Assembly (NCBI GenBank): GCA_018968815.1
Contig: JAGWZL010000007.1
Coordinates: 8,273 to 72,272, forward strand
DNA from: Verrucomicrobiota bacterium
GTDB taxonomy: Bacteria; Chlamydiota; Chlamydiia; Chlamydiales; SM23-39
Reading direction: 5' to 3'
Length of the DNA: 64,000 bases
Below the pieces are notes generated by a model, which was not told the DNA's origin, made no database searches, and saw only the letters and a program-made list of their open reading frames with translations. This document shows positions 20,085-29,929 of the stretch, piece after piece (positions within the stretch are counted from its first letter, which is position 1; every line of letters begins with the position of its first letter). The position numbers and the translations under genes were made by a program.

Positions 20085-20760
20085 CGGCCTGGGACGAGAG
20101 ATTTGCAAGCTCCTTCAGCAACAAGGAATGCGCCTCATCGCCACAGGGCGCAAAAATCTGCCCGAAGCGCATGCCGCTGTCACCGCCGACCTACGCCATG
20201 AGCGACATAAAATCCTTGAGCTGATCGAGAAAGAGGTCCCCGATGTCGTGATCAATTGCGCAGGAGCGGGCGCCTATGGACCTGCTCTCGATCATCCTCT
20301 CGATCTCCTGGACATCAATGCCAACGCTCCGATTGAGATCACACTTGTGGCAGCCCGCACCTTATTGAGAGCGAAAAAAACCGGGGTCATTCTCAATGTG
20401 TCATCCGCTGCAGGACTCATCCCCATGCCCTACTTGGCCCTTTACAGCGCAGCAAAAGCGGCGCTCACCTCATTCTCCCGCAGTTTTGATGCAGAAATGC
20501 GCCCTTTTGACATTCGCATTCTGGTCAGTTTGCCAGGACAAATCAACACCGACTTTGCCTTTCAGGCATCAAAAGGTAAATACCGGCAAGAAGGCGGCAT
20601 GAAAAAAGAGTGGGTCGCGAAACGCATTATGAGACAAATCGCCCATCAGATTCCCTATGAAGTCATCGATGGAAACACAAAATTCCAGATCTTTTTGGCA
20701 AAACTTCTGCCGTCTTTAGCAAACAGGTTGATTATGAAAGGCTTACGAAAAAGATTTTAG
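20023..20760 (+). CDS. Short-chain dehydrogenase/reductase
   Basis: TGASSGLG, NCAG, NVSS and YSAAK motifs; start uncertain because it overlaps the end of pgm. Confidence 0.88.
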   Translation: MRDSKHWSNRSKTALVTGASSGLGREICKLLQQQGMRLIATGRKNLPEAHAAVTADLRHERHKILELIEKEVPDVVINCAGAGAYGPALDHPLDLLDINANAPIEITLVAARTLLRAKKTGVILNVSSAAGLIPMPYLALYSAAKAALTSFSRSFDAEMRPFDIRILVSLPGQINTDFAFQASKGKYRQEGGMKKEWVAKRIMRQIAHQIPYEVIDGNTKFQIFLAKLLPSLANRLIMKGLRKRF

Positions 20761-22214
20761 AGAATATTGGTCAAAATGGATTTCACTTCCATATATTCGC
20801 GAAGGCCTTCTCGACCGCCTTCGCGTCCGATGCCGCTTTCTTTAAAGCCGCCGATGGGAATTTCGTGCGTGTATCCTTCGCCATCGTTCACGCCGACAAA
20901 TCCGTATTGCAGCGCTTCAGTGACCCGCATGGTGCGCGCCAAATCGCGTGTAAAGACATATGAGGCCAATCCATAATTGCTATGATTGGCTCGTTGCAGC
21001 ACCTCTTCTTCTGTGGAAAAAGAGAGAAGATTAGCCACGGGCCCGAAAATCTCATTTTGGCAGATGGGCCAATCATCCTGAGTGCCTTCGATGACTGTGG
21101 GCGCATAGAAAAAGCCTTTCGCGCAATCTCCTTCAGTGAGCGGATGACCGCCTAAAAGGATTTTGCCTCCTTGCGCTTTGGTCTGTTGCACCAATTGATC
21201 GACTCGCTCTCGAGCCGCTTGGGTAATGAGCGGCCCGATTTGGACGCCCGGTTTGTGTCCAGGCCCCACTTTGTAGGATTTGACTTTCTCTACAAATTTG
21301 GCGACAAACGTCTTGTAGATTTTTTCTTGCACATAGATGCGATTGGCGCAGATGCACGACTCGCCTCCCACGCGCATAAATTTGATCGCGGCCACTCTTT
21401 CCACGGCTTGATGCAAATCGGCGTCGTCAAAAACGAGCACGGGCGCGTTGCCGCCGAGCTCCAAAGAGAGTTTTTTGAGCTGTTTCGCCGATTGTTCCAT
21501 CAACATTTTCCCTACACCGATCGAACCGGTAAATCCGATCATTCTCACAACGGGATCTGCCAGAAACTCTGCCGAAACAGGGCGCGGGTCTTTGGCTGTC
21601 ACGATATTGAACACTCCGGGAGGGGTGCCCGCATCATGCAGAGCTTGCGCAATGGCCAAAGCGGTGAGCGGCGTGGTATCGGCGGGTTTCAACACAACTG
21701 TGCATCCCGCGGCTAAAGCGGGCGCGATTTTTCTTGTGATCATATTTGCGGGGAAATTCCACGGCGTGATGGCGCCCACGACGCCCACTGGCTGCAACAG
21801 GGTCATCAGTCTTTTGTGTCCAAAGGGAGAAGGGATCGTCTCTCCATACGCGCGCCTCCCCTCTTCTGCAAACCAGCTCAAGTAGCCCGAGCTAAACAGC
21901 ACCTCTTGTTTCGCCTCTTCCAAGGGTTTTCCATTTTCTTGCATCACGAGATGGGCGATCTCATCTGCGCGAGCCAACATATTGGCCTCTGCTTTTTTGA
22001 GGATGGCTCCCCTCTCTTTGGCTGAAATCTTGGCCCATTTAGGAAAAGCGTCTCTCGCCGCAGCGATGGCCAATTTGACCTCTTGGGTTCCCCCATCCGC
22101 TACTTTCGCGAGGATTTCCCCCGTTCCCGGATTGATCAAATCGTAGGTTTTTCCTGTTTCAACCCATTGACCATTGATGAACATTTTTTTCACTGATCCC
22201 TCTACAAATGGCAA
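20757..22214 (-). CDS. gabD: NAD(P)-dependent succinate-semialdehyde dehydrogenase
   Basis: ITPWNFP, FTGS, LELGGNAP, ESCICANR, EIFGP and GGFKESGIGREG motifs. Confidence 0.85.
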   Translation of the reverse strand: MPFVEGSVKKMFINGQWVETGKTYDLINPGTGEILAKVADGGTQEVKLAIAAARDAFPKWAKISAKERGAILKKAEANMLARADEIAHLVMQENGKPLEEAKQEVLFSSGYLSWFAEEGRRAYGETIPSPFGHKRLMTLLQPVGVVGAITPWNFPANMITRKIAPALAAGCTVVLKPADTTPLTALAIAQALHDAGTPPGVFNIVTAKDPRPVSAEFLADPVVRMIGFTGSIGVGKMLMEQSAKQLKKLSLELGGNAPVLVFDDADLHQAVERVAAIKFMRVGGESCICANRIYVQEKIYKTFVAKFVEKVKSYKVGPGHKPGVQIGPLITQAARERVDQLVQQTKAQGGKILLGGHPLTEGDCAKGFFYAPTVIEGTQDDWPICQNEIFGPVANLLSFSTEEEVLQRANHSNYGLASYVFTRDLARTMRVTEALQYGFVGVNDGEGYTHEIPIGGFKESGIGREGGREGLREYMEVKSILTNIL

Positions 22215-22663
22215 GATCCGCCATGTTTCTCATGGTAGCGTTGATGCTCCTCTTCAGCGCGATAAAAAGGGCCGGCAGGGACAATTTCGGTCACCACTTT
22301 TTGTCCCGCCTGGATCCGCGCCGCTTTTCCTTTGTCGGCCAGCTCTTTTTGCTCGGCATTATGGGTAAAAATAGCGGAGCGGTATTGCGATCCCACATCG
22401 GGTCCTTGCCGGTTCAAAGAACAGGGATTGTGCATCTTCCAAAACAGATCGAGCAGCTCTTCATAGCGGATCACTTTGGGGTTGAAGGTCACTTCGACTG
22501 CCTCCGCATGCCCTGTCTTGCCAGAACAGACCTGTTTGTAGGTGGGATTGGGAGTATGGCCGCCTGTGTAGCCCACTTGGGTGTCGATGACGCCCTTCAC
22601 TTTACGGAATTCTGCCTCCACGCCCCAAAAACAGCCCGCCGCAAACGTTGCTTTCTCAGCCAT
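22202..22663 (-). CDS. msrA: Peptide-methionine (S)-S-oxide reductase
   Basis: GCFWG, GHAEAV, QYRSAIF and AEEEHQRY motifs. Confidence 0.96.
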   Translation of the reverse strand: MAEKATFAAGCFWGVEAEFRKVKGVIDTQVGYTGGHTPNPTYKQVCSGKTGHAEAVEVTFNPKVIRYEELLDLFWKMHNPCSLNRQGPDVGSQYRSAIFTHNAEQKELADKGKAARIQAGQKVVTEIVPAGPFYRAEEEHQRYHEKHGGSCHL

Positions 22664-24773
22664 GCTTATGTTTTTCCTTTTTGGGGTATTTGATCCGCAC
22701 GTGATGCGAGAGTAAAAGCGTATGCACGAGCGTTTTTCTCACGCGAGCCAGCTCTTCAAAAGTGAGTTGGCAGTCGTCCAGTTGGCCATCCTCCGCCTTT
22801 TCAGCGATCAGGCGGCCTACCAGCTCGGTGAGCGTCTGCTCATTGATCTCCTCCAAAGAGCGGGTTGCCGCCTCCATGCTATCGCAAATCATGATGATGG
22901 CCGATTCTTTGGTGCGCGGCTTGGGACCTGGATAGCGGAACTTCGCCTCATCCACCTCTTCTGGGCGATTTCCTTTCAATTCCAATTGCTTGCGATAAAA
23001 ATAGTAGACGAGCGTCGTGCCGTGGTGTTCTCGGATGATGTCGATGAAGGGTTGAGGCAAATGTGCTTTGCGGGCAATGGCCTCTCCATCGGTGACATGA
23101 GAAATGATCACTTGAGCCGATTCGAGGGGGGTGAGGAGTTGATGGATGTTGACAGCGCCCTGCTGATTTTCGGTGTAAAATTGGGGGTTATTCATTTTGC
23201 CGATGTCGTGATAGAGGGTGGCCGCTCTGCAAAAAAGGCCATTGGCCCCAATGGATTGGGCGCAAATTTCCGCTAGATTGCCCAGAACGAGGCTATGCTG
23301 ATAGGTGCCTGGCACTTCGACGGCAAACCGGCGCATGAGATCGCTGCCTGGATCGGTATATTCCATGAGGGTCATGTCGGTGAGGACTCCAAAGAGCATT
23401 TCCAATGCGGGTAAAATGCCGATGACGAGGATGGCCGAGATCAACAGGAAGACAAAGCTCGCCCCGACGTTGATGAAGAGGGCGGCATTGACGAGCTGAT
23501 TGCCGGCCAGAGTGAAGGCGTAGAGAACGGGGATGGCGCTGAGCCAAGATTTTGTGCAGATGGTGAAGATCTCTTTCCGTTTGCGGATCCGTTTGGAGCA
23601 GATGATCACGACGATGGAGGTGACGAGATTGAGGATTAAAAAGTGGGTGTGGTCGAAGGCGAGACTGACTGTGAGCAAAATGGAAATAAAAGTGGCTCCA
23701 AAAAGAGCGGTTCTTTGAGAGAGCAGCGCGCAAATTAAAATCGTCGCAAAAGGGGCAATGATGGGACATCGCACCTGTTCAATCCAGTCGGAGGTGCTTT
23801 TGAGCAAGATGAATTCGATCACTTTGGCAAAAAGAAGGGTCAGCACCACAATGCATACAAAGAGCGAAATTTCCCTTAAGGAACGGATGAAGTGGGGTTG
23901 GCTGATGCGGAAATAGAGGGCGCTGATTGTAACAAAGATCACGGCGAGGATCAGGCTGGCGAAGATGGTGTAGGGGTCCCACATTTTGTGGCTTTCGGAA
24001 ATGGCCTGTTTCATGGCTTTCATCATCGTCACGTGGCGCGGCGTGATGAGATCGTTGGGATTGATGATCCTTGTGCCCGCTTGCACTTTGGTCATTTTTT
24101 CCGGAATGAGATTCATCAATTGCATCTGGAGATTTTTCTCCAGCATGCCGTCTCGAAAAAAGGACCATGCGTGCGGCTGAAAAGTGCGGATGACATAGTC
24201 GATGGTCTCTTTATGGAACACATCGCTTTGTCCAATTTGTGCAGCGATATCTTGCCAAATGTCTTCGGGCAACGATGCGAGCTCTCCTTCGGCAGGGGGG
24301 ATAAACTCATAGTAGGAGGTGTCGGGCAGGTTGAGTTCGCAAATTTTTTGAATGGTCTTGGGATCGGTGAATCGGGCCTCTAGCAGAAGTGTTTCGAGGA
24401 GATCTGAGGCCTTGTACATCTCCTCGAAAGAGGCGTTTGGAACGGTGGCGCGCCACCGACCGCCGCGAAAGAGATCTTGTTCCATTTTAAGTCGCGCATC
24501 ATGCACCTGCAGATCGTCGATTTGGTACAGATGGCCCACCTCTTGGCTGGCCTGATTTTTTAAAACAATGGTGGTTTCATAATCGGGAAACTCAAAATCG
24601 ATTTGAGCGACAACAAATCTTTTGGCCACCGTGTTGACTTCCAACATTTCGAGGCGCACTTCGCGGAAATGGAGGAAAAGAGCGAGAAAAATAACGCAAA
24701 CAAATCCGACGAGAAGTCGCCATCCGCGGCTATTGGTAGAGAGCCACTCTTGCCAATTTTTGTTCATATTCAT
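22656..24773 (-). CDS. 7TM-HD phosphohydrolase (PgpH-like cyclic-di-AMP phosphodiesterase)
   Basis: N-terminal TM, extracytoplasmic domain, about 7 TM segments, then PGTYQHS, YHDIGK, EHHGT and FRYPGPKP. Confidence 0.85.
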   Translation of the reverse strand: MNMNKNWQEWLSTNSRGWRLLVGFVCVIFLALFLHFREVRLEMLEVNTVAKRFVVAQIDFEFPDYETTIVLKNQASQEVGHLYQIDDLQVHDARLKMEQDLFRGGRWRATVPNASFEEMYKASDLLETLLLEARFTDPKTIQKICELNLPDTSYYEFIPPAEGELASLPEDIWQDIAAQIGQSDVFHKETIDYVIRTFQPHAWSFFRDGMLEKNLQMQLMNLIPEKMTKVQAGTRIINPNDLITPRHVTMMKAMKQAISESHKMWDPYTIFASLILAVIFVTISALYFRISQPHFIRSLREISLFVCIVVLTLLFAKVIEFILLKSTSDWIEQVRCPIIAPFATILICALLSQRTALFGATFISILLTVSLAFDHTHFLILNLVTSIVVIICSKRIRKRKEIFTICTKSWLSAIPVLYAFTLAGNQLVNAALFINVGASFVFLLISAILVIGILPALEMLFGVLTDMTLMEYTDPGSDLMRRFAVEVPGTYQHSLVLGNLAEICAQSIGANGLFCRAATLYHDIGKMNNPQFYTENQQGAVNIHQLLTPLESAQVIISHVTDGEAIARKAHLPQPFIDIIREHHGTTLVYYFYRKQLELKGNRPEEVDEAKFRYPGPKPRTKESAIIMICDSMEAATRSLEEINEQTLTELVGRLIAEKAEDGQLDDCQLTFEELARVRKTLVHTLLLSHHVRIKYPKKEKHKHG

Positions 24774-24785
24774 AATATACCACTC

Positions 24786-26453
24786 ATGTCAAAAAGATAC
24801 CAGGTCTTAGCTCGCAAGTACCGTCCCCAGTCGTTTCGCGATGTGCTCGCTCAAGATGCCGCGGTCACTACGCTGAAGAATGCGATCCGTTTTGATAAGG
24901 TCGCTCACGCCTATCTTTTTTGCGGCTCGCGCGGAGTCGGGAAAACGACATTGGCTCGTCTGTTTGCAAAAGCGCTTAACTGTCAGTCTCTAACGGCAGA
25001 TTTCGAGCCTTGCAATCAGTGTTCTTCCTGTCATGAGATCTCTTCTGGCCAATCGCTGGACGTGATTGAAATCGATGGGGCCTCTAACCGGGGGATTGAC
25101 GACATTCGGCAGATCAATGAGACGGTGGGGTACGCGCCGAGCCGGGGCCGCTATAAGATCTACATTATCGACGAAGTGCACATGCTGACGAAGGAGGCGT
25201 TCAACGCTCTTTTGAAGACGCTGGAAGAGCCGCCTGAGCAAGCGAAATTCTTTTTTGCTACGACCGAGGCGCACAAGGTGCTGCCCACGATCATTAGCCG
25301 ATGCCAACGGTTTGATTTAGCGCGGATTCCGCCTTCTCTGATTGTGAGCAAGCTAGGGGAAATCGCCTTGGATCTGAACCGGATGGTGGACAAAGAGGCG
25401 CTCGAACTGATCGCCGCTTTTTCCGAGGGGAGTTTACGCGATGCCGAATCGCTTTTTGATCAAATTCTGTGTTTTTCTGAGGAGACGATCACATCGGCGA
25501 TTGTGCGGCGCACTTTGGGTTTGGCTCCCAAAGAGCTCTTTCATGCGCTCGATCAGGCGTTTGACTCCTGCCATCTCCCGTATGCTTTTGAGCTGGTCGA
25601 GCAGCTCATGCAAATGGGGAAAGACCTGGCCCATTTCCTGGAACAATTGATTGAGCATTACCGCAATATTGTCCATGCGAAGTGCAACCATTTGGAGATC
25701 GGCAAAGCCTACACTGGGCCGCAAGCGCTGCATATCCTGGACCTACTGATTGCAGCGGAGAGCGGTTTCCAAAAAAGCGCCTATCAACGCATCGCGCTCG
25801 AATCGATTTTATTGCAGATCATCCGCAGCAAAAACCGCATCCCCGTTGAAGTACTCGTGCGCCACCTCACCGAACACGCCGGCAAACTCCCCCTGATGGA
25901 AACCCCAGTGCCGGTGGCAGAGGCTCCGATGCCGGTGAAGCCCGCGCCCATGCCGGTGACAGAGGCTCCTGTGCCGGTCAAGCCCGCGCCTGTGCCGGTG
26001 GCAGAGGCTCCAGTGCCGGTGAAGCCCGCGCCCATGCCGGTGGCAGAGGCTCCAATACCGGTGAAGCCCGCGCCCATGCCGGTGACAGAGGCTCCGATGC
26101 CGGTCAAGTCCGCGCCTGTGCCGGTGACAGAGGCTCCGATGCCGGTCAAGCCCGCACCCATGCCGGTGGCAGAGGCGCCAGTGTCGGTGAAGCCCGCGCC
26201 CATGCCGGTGGCAGAGGCTCCGGTGCCGGTGAAGCCCGCGCCTGTGCCGGTGGCAGAGGCTCCGATGCCGGTTGTTGAGGCGCCCACCCCATCCCCCGTT
26301 TTAAAAGCGGTGCCATTTAATCCGTATGGGATTAAACAAGAGGCGGTTAATGACGTCCCGAAACCTTCGGTGGTGACGCAAAAACCGCAAAGCCACTATG
26401 ATACAATCATCCGGTTTGCAGCCGTTGAGTTTGAGGGAACGATTAAAAATTAG
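24786..26453 (+). CDS. dnaX: DNA polymerase III subunit gamma/tau with a Pro-rich tandem-repeat linker
   Basis: LARKYRPQSF, GSRGVGKTT, EIDGASN, IIDEVHML and TIISRCQ motifs. Confidence 0.97.
   Translation: MSKRYQVLARKYRPQSFRDVLAQDAAVTTLKNAIRFDKVAHAYLFCGSRGVGKTTLARLFAKALNCQSLTADFEPCNQCSSCHEISSGQSLDVIEIDGASNRGIDDIRQINETVGYAPSRGRYKIYIIDEVHMLTKEAFNALLKTLEEPPEQAKFFFATTEAHKVLPTIISRCQRFDLARIPPSLIVSKLGEIALDLNRMVDKEALELIAAFSEGSLRDAESLFDQILCFSEETITSAIVRRTLGLAPKELFHALDQAFDSCHLPYAFELVEQLMQMGKDLAHFLEQLIEHYRNIVHAKCNHLEIGKAYTGPQALHILDLLIAAESGFQKSAYQRIALESILLQIIRSKNRIPVEVLVRHLTEHAGKLPLMETPVPVAEAPMPVKPAPMPVTEAPVPVKPAPVPVAEAPVPVKPAPMPVAEAPIPVKPAPMPVTEAPMPVKSAPVPVTEAPMPVKPAPMPVAEAPVSVKPAPMPVAEAPVPVKPAPVPVAEAPMPVVEAPTPSPVLKAVPFNPYGIKQEAVNDVPKPSVVTQKPQSHYDTIIRFAAVEFEGTIKN
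25911..26288 (+). repeat. In-frame coding minisatellite: 18 x 21 nt, alternating to form a 42-nt unit
   Basis: Encodes alternating PV(A/T)EAP(M/V/I) and PVKPAP(M/V) heptads. Confidence 0.95.
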
Positions 26454-26459
26454 GGTATT

Positions 26460-26759
26460 ATGGGCAGTGGATTTTCGAAAATGAAGAAGCAGGCGCGGCT
26501 CATGCAAGAGCAGCTCAGCCAAGCGAAAAATAAGATGGAGAGCACCCTCGTCGAAGGGAGCAGCGGAAACGGTCTTGTGACAGTCACATTGAACGGCTCG
26601 AAAGATTTAAAGAAAATCGCGATCAAACCGGAAGCTCTGACTGATGTAGAGGGGCTGCAAGATCTGATCATTGGCGCATTCGAAGCAGCCTCTGCGAAAA
26701 TTGAAGATCAAGCGCCGGGATTACCGGGGCTGCCTGCCGGCATGAATTTGTTTGCCTGA
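26460..26759 (+). CDS. ybaB: YbaB/EbfC nucleoid-associated protein
   Basis: MKKQARLMQ, EGSSGNGLVTV and LQDLIIGAF motifs; follows dnaX. Confidence 0.93.
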   Translation: MGSGFSKMKKQARLMQEQLSQAKNKMESTLVEGSSGNGLVTVTLNGSKDLKKIAIKPEALTDVEGLQDLIIGAFEAASAKIEDQAPGLPGLPAGMNLFA

Positions 26760-27505
26760 AAATATCTATTACGTATCTCCTGTCTTGCGCGCTGTTTGTC
26801 ACTGGCTAGCGTAGATTCTTTCCGGATCTCGTCTATAGCAGTGAGCGTTGAGGCTTCCTTGAGCATGAGCGCCCATTGCCGTGCTTGAACACGACCCGCC
26901 TCCTCCTTGACCAATCTATCTATCTCCCTATTTAACTCCCAATCTGCGTCTGTAGTGTCCAAAGTAGTCGTGCAAGAAAAGTCTGTGGGAGGTGTTGCAT
27001 GTACGAGTCGCCAGATGGCTTCAAAAGAAGGAACAACTCCGCTGAGCTCCTTGGGTGAAACGCAAACTTCATATTGCCATCCCCGAACCGAGGAAACTCC
27101 TTCTAAAGATAAAGAGAGTTCAATGGGTTTCAATTCATATGAATTGTATTCATGGTGCTCGTAATACGTGCGTGGTTGCCCTAGCCTCAATCCTCCAGCA
27201 TTCTGATCCTCGATCGATGTGATCGCAAAAAACCGGAGTTTACTGAGTCGATCGACCCTAATCGCAAGAGATTCGATGCGATCGTCTGGAGATATGGGGA
27301 TCGTTTTCTGTACCTCAAACACACCGGAACGCAAGCAGAATCTGGCCCGCCCCTGCTTCTGCTGACCATCACACACTAATATATGAGTCACTTTGCGCTG
27401 CATCCTCTCTACCCACATATACCCTTCACACGTATGTACTCGGTGATCAGGATCTGTGAGAGCGCAAGAATCATCCCCTTCGTACTTGATATGTAAAAAA
27501 ATCAT
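26708..27505 (-). CDS. Hypothetical protein inserted between ybaB and ptsI
   Basis: Long ORF with no recognised motif; start uncertain (27505 or 27604). Confidence 0.55.
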   Translation of the reverse strand: MIFLHIKYEGDDSCALTDPDHRVHTCEGYMWVERMQRKVTHILVCDGQQKQGRARFCLRSGVFEVQKTIPISPDDRIESLAIRVDRLSKLRFFAITSIEDQNAGGLRLGQPRTYYEHHEYNSYELKPIELSLSLEGVSSVRGWQYEVCVSPKELSGVVPSFEAIWRLVHATPPTDFSCTTTLDTTDADWELNREIDRLVKEEAGRVQARQWALMLKEASTLTAIDEIRKESTLASDKQRARQEIRNRYFQANKFMPAGSPGNPGA

Positions 27506-27681
27506 GGGCACTCCTCTATTTTTTCCGGGAGATACTATTGAAATATTCTTTTGATTGCAATCAAAAGATGTAGTACTGGACAAAAAAAATAACAGGATAA
27601 ACATGATCGGCGAAGCGCCGGCATGATCTGCAGGATCAATGAATCTGAACCTATCCTGCTCATCCTGCCGCTTGCGATCTG

Positions 27682-27849
27682 GAACCTATCTCAATAAAAT
27701 TTTTCGTCGATTTTCTGGATTATTTTGAGAGATTTTCGATTATGTTTCGGGGGGTCATATACGGCAGCTGATATGACCCCCCGAAACATAATCGAAAATC
27801 TCTCAAAAGAACCAAAAAATCGACTGAAACTTTTTATTGAGATAGGTTC
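27682..27849. mobile_element. Long palindromic element, family B
   Basis: Perfect 38-bp inner arms (27723-27760 and 27771-27808) around a 10-nt loop; outer arms GAACCTATCTCAATAAAA / TTTTATTGAGATAGGTTC. Confidence 0.85.
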
Positions 27850-27887
27850 TTGCCCATCCTGTAAATCTTGCCCTGGTAGACAGTCTC

Positions 27888-29663
27888 TTATCGCACGGTC
27901 TCTGCGTCGAGGAATTGTTTCAGGTCGCTTGCGGAGGTGTGCTCAAGGGCCCCTTCGGCGAGCCGGCACGCTTCCAAAATGCGCCATTTGCGAATCGTGT
28001 GTTTGACGAGTGGTATGTGGCGCGCGGCCACAGAAAATTCGCGCAAGCCGAGGCCGATGAAGAGCGGAATCATCGCCGGATCGGTCGCGCACTCGCCGCA
28101 CAAAATGACCGGCTTGCGCGCATGCGTCGCAGAGGCGACCACCATGCGGATAAAGCGCAAAATGCTCGGATGCGTCGAGAAATAGAGGTCGGCTGTATGG
28201 GCATTGCTCCGGTCAGCAGCCAGAACAAATTGAACGAGATCATTCGTCCCAATCGAAATAAAATCGACCTCCTCCGCGATGGCATCAGACATGATGGCAG
28301 TCGATGGCACTTCAATCATACATCCAATGGCGATGTTTTTGGTGCACTTAATCCCCTGTTTTTTCAGATCCGCTTGGATCTCCTCCACTTTCTGCCGCAC
28401 GAGGCGCACTTCGGTGATATCCGAGACCATCGGAATCAGAATGTGAACCTGCCCAAAATGACTCGCTCGCAAAATGGCGCGCAGCTGCGCCTCGAGAATT
28501 TCAGGGTAGCGCAGCAAGAACCGAATCGCCCTGCAGCCTAAAGCGGGATTGGGCTCTGTGCCAAACGCACGAAAATATTTGGCGTCCGGATGGTTCGGAG
28601 GAAGGTCGATCTTTTTATCGCCGCCTATATCAAAAATCCGAATGACCAGCGGCCGCCCTTTGAGCGATTTGGCCATCCTCTTATAGATCTCAAATTGCTC
28701 CTCTTCATTCGGCAAGGCCCTCTTGGTGAAAAAGAGATATTCCGACCGGAACAGCCCGATGCCCGATGCACCCGCTTTGATCACCTGATCGATCTCTTTT
28801 GGATTTTCCAAATTGGCGCAAATACGCACCTCGTAGCCATCAATCGTTTCCCCTTTGAGATGCGAATGGCTCTTCAGCATCTTATAGCTGAGCAAATGCT
28901 GCCGCTGCAATTCTTGGTATTTCTTCAACGTGTGACGCTTCGGATTCAAAATCACAAGGCCTTGCGAACCATCGACAATCAGAGAATGAACATCCGCTTT
29001 CTTCATTTTCTTAATATCCACATTCGCCACATAAGGAATCCCTTTGGCCCGCGCAATGATCGCCGCATGAGAAGTCACGCCGCCGACCGCCGTCACAAAA
29101 GCGCTCACAAGCGAGGCCTTCGCCTCCACCGTCTCCGATGGCACCAGCTCATGCGTTAAAATGATCGAATTGTGCGGCACCTCCCCAATTTTGACCTGAT
29201 TGAGCGGCCGTAAATGACCTAAAATCCGCCTCGATACATCAATGATATCGCGCACCCTTTCTTGAAAATATTGGTCTTTGAGCGTGCTGAATCGACTCTT
29301 ATACTCTTCGATCAGACGATAGAAAATCGATTCGGGCTTCCGCTGCATGTCGCGAATCCGCTCTTCAATCCCACTCGTTAACAGAGGATCTCTCATCATT
29401 TCCAAATGCGTTCCTAAAATGGAGACAATTTCAGGGGGCCCTTCCGTCTGCGATAATTTTTGCAACGATTCAATATCTTGCCGGCTCATTTCAAGCGCCC
29501 GTCGATACCGGCTGATTTCTAGATCGACCTCTTTGATCGGAATCGCAATTTCTGGAACGTCATCTTCTGCGCTGACAAAGAAAATAGGAAGACCAATTCC
29601 AATCCCTTTACTGATCGGAATCCCTCTCAAAATGATCTCGTCTTCCTGCTCAAAAGACATCAC
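27888..29663 (-). CDS. ptsI: PTS Enzyme I
   Basis: GGVTSHAAIIAR, GIGLFRSE, NPALGCRAIR, MIEVP and SIGTNDL motifs. Confidence 0.96.
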   Translation of the reverse strand: MMSFEQEDEIILRGIPISKGIGIGLPIFFVSAEDDVPEIAIPIKEVDLEISRYRRALEMSRQDIESLQKLSQTEGPPEIVSILGTHLEMMRDPLLTSGIEERIRDMQRKPESIFYRLIEEYKSRFSTLKDQYFQERVRDIIDVSRRILGHLRPLNQVKIGEVPHNSIILTHELVPSETVEAKASLVSAFVTAVGGVTSHAAIIARAKGIPYVANVDIKKMKKADVHSLIVDGSQGLVILNPKRHTLKKYQELQRQHLLSYKMLKSHSHLKGETIDGYEVRICANLENPKEIDQVIKAGASGIGLFRSEYLFFTKRALPNEEEQFEIYKRMAKSLKGRPLVIRIFDIGGDKKIDLPPNHPDAKYFRAFGTEPNPALGCRAIRFLLRYPEILEAQLRAILRASHFGQVHILIPMVSDITEVRLVRQKVEEIQADLKKQGIKCTKNIAIGCMIEVPSTAIMSDAIAEEVDFISIGTNDLVQFVLAADRSNAHTADLYFSTHPSILRFIRMVVASATHARKPVILCGECATDPAMIPLFIGLGLREFSVAARHIPLVKHTIRKWRILEACRLAEGALEHTSASDLKQFLDAETVR

Positions 29664-29929
29664 TTCTCCCCAAATTCTCCTTCAAAGGCAGCCACTATAT
29701 GCTGCATCGTCGCTTCCGCATCTTCCCCATCGACAATCACCTCGATCACCGCATTTTTTTTCGCAGCCAGCATCAAAATGCTCATAATACTTCTCGCATT
29801 GATCGTCTCATTCTTATGAATGAAGAAAACCGATGATTTGCGCGACTGCAGCAGCTTGACAATCGTCGCCGCCGGCCGCGTATGCAGCCCTAAAGCATTT
29901 TTCACTTTGACCTTACGCGTAAGCCTCAT
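29660..29929 (-). CDS. ptsH: Phosphocarrier protein HPr
   Basis: GLHTRPA (His15) and NARSIMSIL (Ser46) motifs. Confidence 0.96.
   Translation of the reverse strand: MRLTRKVKVKNALGLHTRPAATIVKLLQSRKSSVFFIHKNETINARSIMSILMLAAKKNAVIEVIVDGEDAEATMQHIVAAFEGEFGEK

Noticed and set aside
25771-25777. AAAAAAG heptamer in dnaX as an E. coli-type tau/gamma frameshift site
   Set aside because: It is phased CAA AAA AGC, not A AAA AAG, so it is out of register for the canonical -1 slip.
25911-26288. Regular repeat array considered as a CRISPR array
   Set aside because: No unique spacers; the units are in-frame codon repeats inside dnaX, and no cas genes are present.
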